DNA from: a virus
DNA length: 64,000 nt
Reading direction: 5' to 3' (one strand)
IMG/VR virus record: IMGVR_UViG_3300021963_000060
Span: 35,523-99,522 of that record
The notes under the pieces were generated by a model that worked only from the letters and a program-made list of their open reading frames with translations, did no database searches and was not told the origin of the DNA. How positions within the stretch are numbered: position 1 is the stretch's first letter; the number at the start of each line of letters is the position of its first letter. A program made the position numbers and the translations under genes. Shown in pieces: positions 53,401-59,596 of the stretch.

Positions 53401-53841
53401 TCCTTTTGAATGACTATCTGTATTAGTTTTTGAAAATACTAATAGATCTGGTTTTTCATCACTCTTGTATGAACTAGTGCCGCTAAATCCTCTTATACAA
53501 CCCTCAAAAGAGGTTTGAGTCTTGCTTGTATATGTAATGATTTCAGAATCAATTTGAATAAGGCCATACTTGTCTGGATATCCAGCAGTAGAACTTACAT
53601 TAATAATATCATTATATGCTTCAATATCTTCTGTTAAGGTGGTAGATTCAACAATAGATGTTAGTGTATCTAACTTAACGTATTGATCTATATTAGAAAG
53701 TATATCTAATACCTGACCTTGATTTTCTACTGACCTATAATACTGAGATAAAAACTCAGATACTAAAGGAAATTCCTCTCTTACAAAAGAGGGAAGTTGA
53801 TTTTCTAGGAAAGAACTGACCTTTACTCTTGAATCTACCAT
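41416..53841 (-). CDS. g7: Giant baseplate wedge initiator gp7-like protein (repeated beta modules, YHYH-like domain)
   Basis: QLPSFVREE, FYSAKGT..SFKILF, YYQYFSY..H.AGFK, HSPIIGWAYDGNPIYGPYG; located between g6 and g8. Confidence 0.85.
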   Translation of the reverse strand: MVDSRVKVSSFLENQLPSFVREEFPLVSEFLSQYYRSVENQGQVLDILSNIDQYVKLDTLTSIVESTTLTEDIEAYNDIINVSSTAGYPDKYGLIQIDSEIITYTSKTQTSFEGCIRGFSGTSSYKSDEKPDLLVFSKTNTDSHSKGSVVNNLSILFLKEFLYKIKYQFNPGFEGREVDKDVNQNIFIKQAKDFYSAKGTDQSFKILFKILYGEDVEVIKPRDYLFQPSDADYGLTKDLVVERIAGSPEELINSTIYQDEIEGLFPYARGTVTNVEKILRGDREYYIVSLDFGSNKDIIVSGSVFGNFNVHPKTTLINSVETFAEVLDVDSTIGFPDSGELLVYIDDNTTLLVSYTSKSLTQFFGCSGIDQPLQSGQELFHNSYIYGVSNEDGETVKMRISGVLSDIRIPENTLYFNKGDSSKIVSLGSKEVDIKFNNWFFNVASGHKVEQLLSLDNFGRSYSVFTVDNHKFKSGDQIKIIASTGVEYTGFISKVSDEKSIVIQTDNPINLGAIYKIERRIAKINSVNYPELSTVNSNVQNVYSDEEKSIYVTSPSVPSYFNEPIQTSDRTASFSGNFLPSELFDITSLIPLNDENTRYRITTSKEHNLLLEDVVSITLSNSESKKYKVVSVVNLNTIEIYGLSGILYENLNYKLTKVYTEIIFTKRHGFHSGDAVVYIPASNTNKLNIDKGIYFVKKVDDFKLKLSRSRDNIFNNIFIEFEGSVTNNKLSLLDFADNLYNIKTLQPQKLVRKISTPVDEPGDYFVNPGKIGISLNGTEFLSYKSKDIIYYGPIEEVIISNRGRDYDIINPPSLIIEDSVGVGATGFCEVEGKLERIDILDGGYDYLNDPIITITGGNGSGAVAKAKLTAFDHIVPFNSRASSGLVDISNNILGFSTYHKFRDAEKVIYQTDGQKGVGGISTGSEYFVSVVDEYRIKLHKKYDDAIVGINTLDIGPTYGEGIHNFQARSKKRRITSISILNSGSGYSSKKVYVSTVGITTFTNKIYSKQHGFNSGELVTYTRTGTSIGGLTNNQNYYITRLDDDNFKLSQIGNNEIGNDFYYRTKQYIDITSVGSGDHFFSYPEIQVKIDGVIGVSTFTNQDFSASIKPIFRGSIKKIHLKSNGLNYGSQEILNYQRQPSFRLNSGSGARLTAVVVNGRITDVLINNPGRDYNSQPTIEVTSNGSGGFGAILVPVIKNGVFSSVKVVNGGIGYEDRTTTLQVISAGSEASFEANIKKWRVNLFERLLNSNQIFEDDGVIVEGTNKDFGLQYTHLYSSRKLRRSVFSNRTVRGKRVFEADLKIENGKEAVSQAHSPIIGWAYDGNPIYGPYGYDKPTGGQVRRMKSGYIQTLGNNRPSDNLYPTGFFVEDYSFDSKVGDLDEHNGRYCVTPEFPNGVYAYFSTIDANLLDAVGPFEGYFRPTFPYLVGDTYKSRPIDFNFDSKSNQDEFDLVEAGLLRNTYPYNISDQNGYYNYLIDSNKIKNPITKVKYSSPGSIDYFRIISGGEDYKVGDVLQFDNDNTEVVDSAYAFVSKIKGKIISNVSVNKTNIEDVVFYPLNSVNEYVGISTLPHNLLNEDVVNISGLSTTNLKLEKSYKIRVLENNLVLSSSVASESVTGIVTYFEVSGNLNFPYRKENDVFTIDSEEVKVLSIDSKNSRVLVLRKKNAGAHTAGTILFDKSRKIVVNADISKHEYKIDREIYFNPVNSVGIGTSFGPGIGVTIPVNILGLNSSSIIIPTKSIYLPDHGFNTGDELIYSSNGGEPLLVDSVGIGSTFVLTNNSIVYAAKISNDIIGISTNKIGLGTDGKFVGIGTSKTTVYFVGFGTGNYHSFKTNYSNKLKGQISRNVVTVSTASTHGLSLLDYVDIDLVAKNNISNYVKYDELNRRLLINPRNILSENINLLNSSIRIENHGFINGQKVIYSSVSETPSVGLENNRIYFVYVIDYNRINLCNSYYEATSDIPSFVNIQTQENATLSPVNPEIKAVSNQTLTFNVSDESLSFISGTNKYPAFELEFYSDKTFKNKFETTKTTKDFEIIRNGLVGVSSESSVTVKINNNFPESIYYRLTPLKKYNDIDVPSIKQEIVIDDENIDNNNRILIRKSSYSGNHKVVGITTNTFKYNLTKDPEKQSYNSNEANIAYNTNSKSAFGVIENIEIKNRGKGYRYLPGVSSVISSTGKGAIILPRSNTIGKIKKIRIDDIGFDYPSDLTLTPTVKFSDVVKVDPLTSFKSIGITSTGKNYTSSPDLVVIDGFTKEIIPEVKLRYNLGDQFVTILRNTYGIYNASPQIIPINNSNAISIRSIIFNDKTNEVSVKLDASFSTLESFPFEVGGKIIIENVNIRQSIGGKGYNSSEYKYRLFILTEVDPNIGGSDPTIKFNLTGFLQSGEYPGEFDAIRSSGKVTPEVNFPIFDIVLQKNDFIIGETIKTPSATGIVEYWDSRNEYLKVLTTDTIKIGEKIVAETTKTQGIISEVIPTNCKYVVSSSSIVNRDWSRETGFLNNTFQRTHNNDYYQYFSYSLKSKVQISDWNNPVSTLNHVAGFKKFSDLIVENTNLNEKLKTDQNQGDFSAITDFYTEIEADSVSDFDLVTENSLNIGTKLISDEIIFNSKVIQDHLNSIGNRVLVIDDISDQFNNTSRETVFSVVDSFNKNEIRSKKYLTYIRDNRFSSDRQAYIVNVLHDGQDAYITQYARVESKKQLGSFDFEINGNDARLLFYPVDYRVNDYSLNILSYDFNEFFNEASSYDFGCVEFNSLTKNLQTVGRQNLITIQACRSAKFIVQLEDSNGNYQYDELTVVHDGFTAQVLDYGRFGNFTGLGTYYGYSFGGTGIALDFIPNTNPTVTIKSKLISIIISNKEKTDTKSAALNNSLLKSDFIEINSSPSPIATVISKYNSGNNGYNAAHAFISAEDVTIDGQIKASLSEIVVIEDGTNTYFVEYGKTSTHSELGTISTRLNGGFTEILFTPKAGRKVQLRTFINCLGTVDLLNPNNTIDLKTSSIRSNYSYYTGTDRDVRRSFNLYNNGLPIFEREFNSEISTIVNVSEDTIRIPNHFFVSGEKVRYTATGIGTQRPLEIEPTNFPGIGVTSLLPTNYDLYAIKFDKFKIQLASTASNALSFSPIPIKIKGVGIGTQHKIISSNQNLKSLITIDNLVQIPIKETSYTTNTTSEVFITDNNILVADTTGYYAGDIIKIDDEIMRVNSIGVVSNNSIEVERNWMGTRLSIHPNNSVVTKLKGNYNIVDNTINFSSAPYGKMPVGILSSKDPDQRDFAGITTHSTFSGRIFLRTGKINSNSDPYSSNYLFDDVSTQFNGITTSFTLKQNGSDIIGISDQNPLIFLRNAYQTPRRLTPINNVVGNYYLTEDNYQTKLHFNSSPVDIRYDVNRSNAPIGGIIVSVGSTSGLGYQPLLRAGGSAVVSAAGTIQSIIVENPGSGYRSGIQTYVNVGVQKEGLNSANIDYVGYANVTNGRVTSVNITSSLSGYNQTDRLKVVFDSPLPYSNIPLIYTSSSSGIGTGALVDINVGFDYKVTDFNIKSYGYAYSEGDVLTVSVGGTTGIPLQNIFNENIITGNVLVQPNIVTTVFEYPSPSVVSESSILTIDNSTTLILGDFVYLPLDEFQIDVTEIYNEEFAAWSMGEFEVFDSIDEYFDGFNRTFPLMISGQQKSILTNRGSNIDIQATLLVFINGVLQVPGVGYLFDGGSTITFTEPPKGPDPAYPNSGDKSTIVFYRGTKGIDVVDVDILESVKPGDYLLINDDSVSLEQDLRTISRVNASDSVETNSYAGPGISVDSTYLRPVTWYKQKQDVIINGKEVTKDRVNYEPLISPTTNLIQNIGLGDTVFYVESVKTFFDSRKENAQGKILSDIEIIDQVPLIDSNTISPEYSKSETITDIAYYGDFGEIVAIGTVMTEQIPFGVSFDFYISEESPLKNPSIVKEPLIRTSIEVGDYFVIKNSNVGVGFTSLRNDGSIIGTGSTYFDNVYQVADIDLRQDGTVIKTPVTVTGFETYDSAVIIEEFNELSIENIQTNTSYDVPTQLAGRVTVENNVTATINSTVTIIGVTLSVLVNQGGVLYVDEFLPARITTRVVDYNGMDFASILNTPFYGDYTWGKLMASEGRLDPKTFNTHIQNGISGISSSPVIRRKNPLKYLNYVK

Positions 53842-53844
53842 TTT

Positions 53845-55782
53845 TTATTTTCTTACTAGGTCGCCGTTAATGTAACTTGATGATCTTGTATAATTTGAAC
53901 CTGATGGGTTCGCACCTGATGAAATTTCATCTGATACCATATTTAATACAGTTCTAGTATTATCTAGTTGCAAATAAAGATCCTGTAATCCGATAACATC
54001 GTTCGACTTAGGGATAGCAGAAATCTCAATAATTGATTCGCCATTAAATTTAGTTGTTGATAAAATATTAACAGGGTTGAGCAGTATTTCTCCTTTAACA
54101 TAGTCTATAGTACCTACAGACTTTCTAACAATTGTACTATTAGAGATATCTTCACTATTATTTTCAGAATTTAATTTAAAGAAGAATATAGTCCCAGTTT
54201 TACCTCCAGGATTTGGTAGATCACTTAAGTATAAAGTGCCAGGTATTCCCTTAACAGTAAATCCAGAAGACTTAATATTATAACCTTGCATACTCTTAAT
54301 ATGAAATTCATTTCCATAGCAAATTTCATACTCTGCAAGTTGATTGATTGCAGCACGCATGTCTCTTCTAATTTGTATTTTTGTTATATTAGAAGTGATG
54401 GATACGTCAGAATCGTCAATTAATTTTTGGAATTTACTATATTTAAATCTAGCACCGTACTTATTTAATTCAGAAGAATTTGAATACTTATTAATGTTGT
54501 TGAGGACAGAATCTAAAACAGATTCTGCGTTAGATGCTAAGTTTGTATTATAGTAAATATTTGAATCAATTTCAATATAAAGATACTTCAGATCAAGTAT
54601 TTCAGGTACAATACCCGCAACACTATATTGTCTGAGCGTTTTCTTTAAATTTCTTTTTACACCATTAGGAACAAATTGTCCATTAGTTGGTTTAATTGTA
54701 ATAAAAACTTTTCCATATTTTGGAGGTGTTAATTCTTCTCCACCAAAAACAGAAACTGATTCTGCTTCTGGATATATTCTTGGAATTAATGCCTCATAAT
54801 CTGCTGCTGTAACGGCTCTATTTTGTGCAGAATATAATCTAGGAGCATTATTCTTAATTGATCTAATCGATTCAATTTCAGAACCACCAGTTGATGGAGT
54901 AATTGTTGATATAAGAGAAACTCCATCTCCAATAACTCGTCCATTATTATCAATTAGTCTTCCAGCAAAGGTGAAATCAGAAACTCCATTTCCATTTTCT
55001 CCTCCACTGGTTACATAACTTACATCAACATAATTTCCTGTATTTAATTTTTTACCAAATACTCCGTCACCAAAGATTAACTCATATCTCTGATCTTCTA
55101 CTTCTTGTAGAAAATAAATCTTTGATTGATCATCAAGATTGAATAAACTATTTGACTGTGAGAATTTATTCTTTACAGTTGATACTACAGAGTCTTTTAC
55201 AAAAACTCTGATTAAGGATGTATCGATATTTGCATTACCTAAGATAAATCTTTGATCTGGGTTTCCTGCATCTACTGTAAAATTTTCAGTAATGAATGAT
55301 CCTTCAAATATTTCTATTCCTTGCCCATTATTATCAAAATAAGCAATCCCATCAACAACTGGAACTGTAATATCTTCTGGGACTACGTAGGTATAGTTCT
55401 CAGAACCAAAAGAAGCTGCTGTAGTACAGACTACACCCTTCTGTAGTGTGATTGATACTGGTTTTGTCGGGAACGTAGTAGTATCAACGTAAAAATTAAT
55501 TCTAGCTCTAGCGGATGTTCTTGATCTAGGAATATATCCAATGTTTCTTGCTAGAGCAACGACGTTTTCTCTAAGTGTTGCACTATCAATAAAGACCTCA
55601 TTGCTAATCATGTTAGCATTATATGAGGAGATATATGTATTATATGCAAGAATGTCTAGAATGATTGAAAGATTAGATCCTTCAAAATCATAGTCAGTAA
55701 AATTTGAATTCGATCTCAGATAGTCGATTATCGAATTCTTTATATCTTTGAAGTCTAGATTCGTAAAATTTACTAGGGACAT
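53845..55782 (-). CDS. g6: Baseplate wedge gp6
   Basis: LDFKDIK, FTDYDFEGS, LAYNT, FGDGVFG, QNRAVTAADY, YGKVFI. Confidence 0.95.
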   Translation of the reverse strand: MSLVNFTNLDFKDIKNSIIDYLRSNSNFTDYDFEGSNLSIILDILAYNTYISSYNANMISNEVFIDSATLRENVVALARNIGYIPRSRTSARARINFYVDTTTFPTKPVSITLQKGVVCTTAASFGSENYTYVVPEDITVPVVDGIAYFDNNGQGIEIFEGSFITENFTVDAGNPDQRFILGNANIDTSLIRVFVKDSVVSTVKNKFSQSNSLFNLDDQSKIYFLQEVEDQRYELIFGDGVFGKKLNTGNYVDVSYVTSGGENGNGVSDFTFAGRLIDNNGRVIGDGVSLISTITPSTGGSEIESIRSIKNNAPRLYSAQNRAVTAADYEALIPRIYPEAESVSVFGGEELTPPKYGKVFITIKPTNGQFVPNGVKRNLKKTLRQYSVAGIVPEILDLKYLYIEIDSNIYYNTNLASNAESVLDSVLNNINKYSNSSELNKYGARFKYSKFQKLIDDSDVSITSNITKIQIRRDMRAAINQLAEYEICYGNEFHIKSMQGYNIKSSGFTVKGIPGTLYLSDLPNPGGKTGTIFFFKLNSENNSEDISNSTIVRKSVGTIDYVKGEILLNPVNILSTTKFNGESIIEISAIPKSNDVIGLQDLYLQLDNTRTVLNMVSDEISSGANPSGSNYTRSSSYINGDLVRK

Positions 55783-56184
55783 TTATCTTACTGACTGTAA
55801 TGCAAATGATAATCTTTGAGGTGATACATCAACGCCTATGATTTGATACTTAAGATTAATATCAAAGGTGTTTTCATCATAATTTGGAATGGTAATACAT
55901 TCAATTATAGTAACTCTAGGTTCATATTCTTTGATCAATCTTATAACTTCATCATTTAGAATATCTGCAGAGATATTATCAACGTTTTCAAAGATTGTTC
56001 TAGAAACCCTGGATCCAAAATCTTGGTTAAAGAATTTTTCACCAGGGATAGTATAAACTAGATTTCTAATAGATCTTGCAATCGCAGTCTCATTCTGTAT
56101 CGTAATTAAATCCTTGTTTAAAGGATTCACCTGAAAAGACAAACTAATGTCTTTAAACCCCTTGCTGATACGCTGTATGGGCAT
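55783..56184 (-). CDS. g25: Baseplate wedge gp25
   Basis: FKDISLSF, AIARSIRNLV.T.PGE.FF..FGS, YEPRV. Confidence 0.92.
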   Translation of the reverse strand: MPIQRISKGFKDISLSFQVNPLNKDLITIQNETAIARSIRNLVYTIPGEKFFNQDFGSRVSRTIFENVDNISADILNDEVIRLIKEYEPRVTIIECITIPNYDENTFDINLKYQIIGVDVSPQRLSFALQSVR

Positions 56185-56206
56185 TTAACGGATAATAAAT
56201 CTATCT

Positions 56207-56213
56207 TATTTAT
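56207..56213 (-). promoter_or_regulatory. Late promoter for the baseplate operon
   Basis: ATAAATA upstream of the g25 start. Confidence 0.65.
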
Positions 56214-56218
56214 TAAAG

Positions 56219-56446
56219 TTAAGACCATTTCTTAGAATAGATTGGTTCAGTCCCATACTCCCAATCATCATAGTCATCGTCGTTTCTTATCTTCTCATGA
56301 ATTTCATTCTGAATGTTGAAATTATGCTTCTTACTCTCTTTAGTTTTTTCATTTAGTCTCTCAAATGCACCATAATCAGTAATAAGATTGGTTGTTCCCC
56401 ACATCTTGTACATGTAATCTGCATCTCGATCTGTAGGTTTTTTCAT
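56219..56446 (-). CDS. Hypothetical protein
   Basis: 75-aa ORF with AGGAG Shine-Dalgarno (SD). Confidence 0.7.
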   Translation of the reverse strand: MKKPTDRDADYMYKMWGTTNLITDYGAFERLNEKTKESKKHNFNIQNEIHEKIRNDDDYDDWEYGTEPIYSKKWS

Positions 56447-56501
56447 TTTTTTCTCCTGATTTGAAACAATCAGAACTTTTTACGGGGTTCCTATCCCGTC
56501 A
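56444..56501 (-). promoter_or_regulatory. Putative cis-regulatory RNA (H-type pseudoknot plus SD-sequestering hairpin)
   Basis: ACGGG-ATAGGAAC-CCCGT-AAAAA-GTTCT; competing stem TTCTGATT/AATCAGGA. Confidence 0.45.
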
Positions 56502-57089
56502 TTCTATAAAAAATCCCTCTCTTAAAAAATCCTCATCTCTAACATACTTATATTTACCATCAATTTCCATATTATCCTCTTTCCAGATAGGAATCGCAAC
56601 ATTATTTCCGTATCTAAAATCTGGATTTTGTCTAAAGTGAACTTCGATTAACTTATCTCCTATAAATTCACAGTTGATATACTCATATTCCCCCTTCAGT
56701 CTACTCAGAATAGAAGGAAATTCAATATATCTTTCAATCTTCTCCCATTTTTCCCATTTATACAGAGGGCTTTCCGGTTTTCTGTGCCCCTTAACAACTA
56801 AAACTGGTTCTTTCTTATAATAATCAACGGATATATGTTCTCCCTCAAAGATCTCACACCAAAACTCTGCAGGGTGTAAGTGCTCTGTGTCCCTCTCAAT
56901 GTACTCTATTCGAGATACGCGGCCCATACCCATAAGATTAATGGAGGGTCTTACAATAAAAAAGTCGGACTTGGGAACTGGGACTCCCGAAGGTCCGCAG
57001 TTATATCCCAAAATCCGACTTAAAAATAATTTGTTGTATGCCCAGAGATCTTCATGATGAATACTATTCCATTCATCATAGACTTCCAT
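56499..57089 (-). CDS. Hypothetical protein, ATP-grasp-like
   Basis: IVRP..N..GMG, EIFEGEHISVDY, INCEFIGDKLIEVHFR. Confidence 0.55.
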   Translation of the reverse strand: MEVYDEWNSIHHEDLWAYNKLFLSRILGYNCGPSGVPVPKSDFFIVRPSINLMGMGRVSRIEYIERDTEHLHPAEFWCEIFEGEHISVDYYKKEPVLVVKGHRKPESPLYKWEKWEKIERYIEFPSILSRLKGEYEYINCEFIGDKLIEVHFRQNPDFRYGNNVAIPIWKEDNMEIDGKYKYVRDEDFLREGFFIE

Positions 57090-57093
57090 AGAA

Positions 57094-57228
57094 TCAATCA
57101 GAACTTGATGTATTATCTAGTTGTTCTGAAGTTTGTTCTGCTGGGATCTCTTCAGTTTTTTTCTGAAAACATGCAAGTACACCAGCGACCCAACTATAGA
57201 TTGTATTCTTAGACTGTTCTTCGCTCAT
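57094..57228 (-). CDS. 44-aa hypothetical protein (not in ORF track)
   Basis: MSEEQSKNTIYSWVAGVLACFQKKTEEIPAEQTSEQLDNTSSSD; ATGA overlap with the upstream ORF; fills the gap exactly. Confidence 0.5.
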   Translation of the reverse strand: MSEEQSKNTIYSWVAGVLACFQKKTEEIPAEQTSEQLDNTSSSD

Positions 57229-57368
57229 TTACCTTGGCCTCGATATTTTTTCTTAGCAGGATTGCTACTTGTTGCGGCATATTTTGTGTGTTTCCCAAGA
57301 CCCTGACGGGTAGACTTGGGTTTAGATTCAATTTTTTGTCCGCCATTAAAAGAAGGTCGCTTAGCCAT
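57225..57368 (-). CDS. 47-aa highly basic protein (not in ORF track)
   Basis: MAKRPSFNGGQKIESKPKSTRQGLGKHTKYAATSSNPAKKKYRGQGK; GGAGG SD upstream. Confidence 0.75.
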   Translation of the reverse strand: MAKRPSFNGGQKIESKPKSTRQGLGKHTKYAATSSNPAKKKYRGQGK

Positions 57369-57519
57369 CAATTTCCTCCATGTCTATTTCATTAGGGTCA
57401 ATAGTATCATCTCCCTCAAAGTATTTTAGAGCGAGATCTTGTAGAATATCAGCACATTCTTCATAAGTCAAGTCTTGATAGATCTTACGACCTTTGTATA
57501 GAATGTTGATCTTTTTCAT
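57361..57519 (-). CDS. Small hypothetical protein
   Basis: Probable start MKKINILY at 57519 (TGATG overlap with the upstream stop). Confidence 0.65.
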   Translation of the reverse strand: MKKINILYKGRKIYQDLTYEECADILQDLALKYFEGDDTIDPNEIDMEEIDG

Positions 57520-58301
57520 CAGATGATTCGTGTCTTTTCGTGTCCAACTCTGATACGAGGATCGCACCAGATTTCGAAACCTTCTTCCTTTGCATCAAGA
57601 CAGAATGATACGTCTTCACCGCACATGTCTTGTACTGCTCCGGATTCGAAGACTTGCATCTTAGGTGCAAACCAGGGATATTCGAGATTCTCAAATACAC
57701 CTTTCTTAATCAGTACCCAACCGAAACCAGTATAGTCTACGGTGAAAGGCTTACGACGCTTCTGAATTGAATCTACGGTTTCGTGATTCATGACTCCACC
57801 ATTACGACGGAAATCATCTTCATCCAACCAGTGAGCTACGGATGTCGTATGACCATCTTCTGTAGCGTACCAACCAGCAGCAATCTCTCGTTCTACAACA
57901 TTACCTTCTTCATCAGCAGATAGTGCTAGATCACAGAGTTGCCAGAATTTTTCAGTATTGAAAACAATATCACTATCAATCCAGAGTTGATAATCATACT
58001 GTAGTTTGCCGTCCCAGGGAATCTGCTTTGGACCCCTCAGAACGTTTGCTCCGAGACATTTGCAACGAGCAAAGTTTACCATTGATGAGTAATCCTGAGA
58101 AATTTGGATACTCATTCCGTTCTGCACTAGATCAAAACACAGTTGCACAAATGCTTTCAGAAAAGTAAATGAACATCCCCTACCAGGTAGGCAGAATACA
58201 ATCGACTTCCCTCGCATTCTTTCTTTGATAGCATCATAATCCCATTCTTCTTTGGGTGCTGTAATGGGACTTTTTGCTTTTACAGTGAATCCTTTAGCCA
58301 T
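57519..58301 (-). CDS. Conserved cyanophage GT2-like glycosyltransferase
   Basis: WIDSD DxD motif, TGFGWVLIK..VFE, GEDVSFC, VGHEK. Confidence 0.75.
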   Translation of the reverse strand: MAKGFTVKAKSPITAPKEEWDYDAIKERMRGKSIVFCLPGRGCSFTFLKAFVQLCFDLVQNGMSIQISQDYSSMVNFARCKCLGANVLRGPKQIPWDGKLQYDYQLWIDSDIVFNTEKFWQLCDLALSADEEGNVVEREIAAGWYATEDGHTTSVAHWLDEDDFRRNGGVMNHETVDSIQKRRKPFTVDYTGFGWVLIKKGVFENLEYPWFAPKMQVFESGAVQDMCGEDVSFCLDAKEEGFEIWCDPRIRVGHEKTRII

Positions 58302-58350
58302 AAGTTTCAGTAACCTTCAAGATCAATTTTATCGTCTTATTTATGCTTTG

Positions 58351-58542
58351 TCAATGTGAGGCATCCTCGAATATTTTTCGATTCACACTCAGTTCCTCAA
58401 AGCTCAAATCTTCGATATTATAGTCGGTTTTCATTAGACCTACCATATTTTTTAAAGTCATCCAAATCACAGGAAACTCGTCCTCACTCACAGAATGGAA
58501 GAGGCACCGATCCTTAGCATAAATGTGATATACTTTTTCCAT
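58351..58542 (-). CDS. Small hypothetical protein
   Basis: 63-aa ORF, co-directional with neighbours. Confidence 0.65.
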   Translation of the reverse strand: MEKVYHIYAKDRCLFHSVSEDEFPVIWMTLKNMVGLMKTDYNIEDLSFEELSVNRKIFEDASH

Positions 58543-58813
58543 ATGGTCTATTTTTTCCCCTCAAAAATTTTTTTTGTTGACTTCAGAGTATATATGAGTT
58601 TTCTCTGAAATCCTATGGGGCGGTTTTTTGTACCGGGAAAAATTTTTTTAGAACACATTCACTCTCTCATTTTGTCACCTCTGTAGGTTAGGGTAGTTAT
58701 CGTTTTTTAAATCAGGGCGCGCCGCCATAACGATAACGTTATACCATAAACTGCTGATCACGAATGCTCCGCACGAATGGGGGGGGCAAGCGTGAGTGCC
58801 TGCCCCTGCCGTC

Positions 58814-58999
58814 TCACCCGATGCCGCGATAATCGGTGTGCAGTCCAGCCAACTCAGCGGCGCAGAATCCGTCGATTCCGTCCCGAGCATAAGCGGCGGA
58901 AGAATGAGAATTCAACTGCGGGCGACCCTTCACCACGTTGGTGCTGACCCATACGGTCTGGCGGGTGGCGAGGTCGGTTGCGATGTTGTAGAGCGCCAT
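58814..58999 (-). CDS. Early hypothetical protein
   Basis: 61-aa ORF directly behind the promoter cassette at 59011-59053. Confidence 0.65.
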   Translation of the reverse strand: MALYNIATDLATRQTVWVSTNVVKGRPQLNSHSSAAYARDGIDGFCAAELAGLHTDYRGIG

Positions 59000-59061
59000 G
59001 GGGAGGTGGTGTGAACTGGAGCCAGTATAGCAGATCGGGGGGCGATGCCCCCCTCAGCGGA

Positions 59062-59253
59062 TCAGTAGCGGATCGGCACGTAAGCGACGGTGACCTCTAC
59101 GTAGAGGGGCTCATCGGTGTTGTAGTCGTCCATCCGCTTACGAAGGCCGGCGGCGTCTGCCTCTGCCTTCTCAGCGGTGGCGTAGAGTCCGAACAGTTCG
59201 GGACGATCGTAGTAGTCGTTGCCCGTGGTGAAGATGGCGTATGCTTCGGTCAT
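59062..59253 (-). CDS. Early hypothetical protein
   Basis: 63-aa ORF behind a cassette. Confidence 0.7.
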   Translation of the reverse strand: MTEAYAIFTTGNDYYDRPELFGLYATAEKAEADAAGLRKRMDDYNTDEPLYVEVTVAYVPIRY

Positions 59254-59319
59254 CGGATCGGATCGGTTGACTTGGCCAGTATAGCAGATCAGGAGGAGGG
59301 GGGAGGTCCCCCCATCGGG

Positions 59320-59550
59320 TCAGTATCCCAGCCAGTTCAGGAATTCGCCAGTGTCGATCCGCTCGCCCTGCAGATGCCCGTAATCCTTACGGAACTGATA
59401 GAGGCAATCGGGACCGTGCATGTCGGCGGATTCCAGAGCGATGTGCCAGGCGATGGTGTCGTTGGCGGGGTGAGTACAATCCCAGAGGATGTCGCTGAAC
59501 GTGGTGCCAGGAGCGTAAACGTTCAGGCAATCGCGGAGGGCGGTGGTCAT
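59320..59550 (-). CDS. Early hypothetical protein
   Basis: 76-aa ORF ending FLNWLGY, behind a cassette. Confidence 0.7.
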   Translation of the reverse strand: MTTALRDCLNVYAPGTTFSDILWDCTHPANDTIAWHIALESADMHGPDCLYQFRKDYGHLQGERIDTGEFLNWLGY

Positions 59551-59596
59551 CGGATCGGATCGGTTGACTTGGCTAGTGTAGCAGATCGGGGACCGC

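Noticed and set aside
1543-54553. Other short plus-strand or nested ORFs in the structural module
   Set aside because: They overlap well-supported core genes and have no recognisable motifs
56370-56501. Stop-codon readthrough (UGA-CGG plus pseudoknot) fusing the 196-aa and 75-aa ORFs
   Set aside because: The readthrough frame is out of frame with the downstream ORF and ends at a stop after ~40 codons; a leader role fits better
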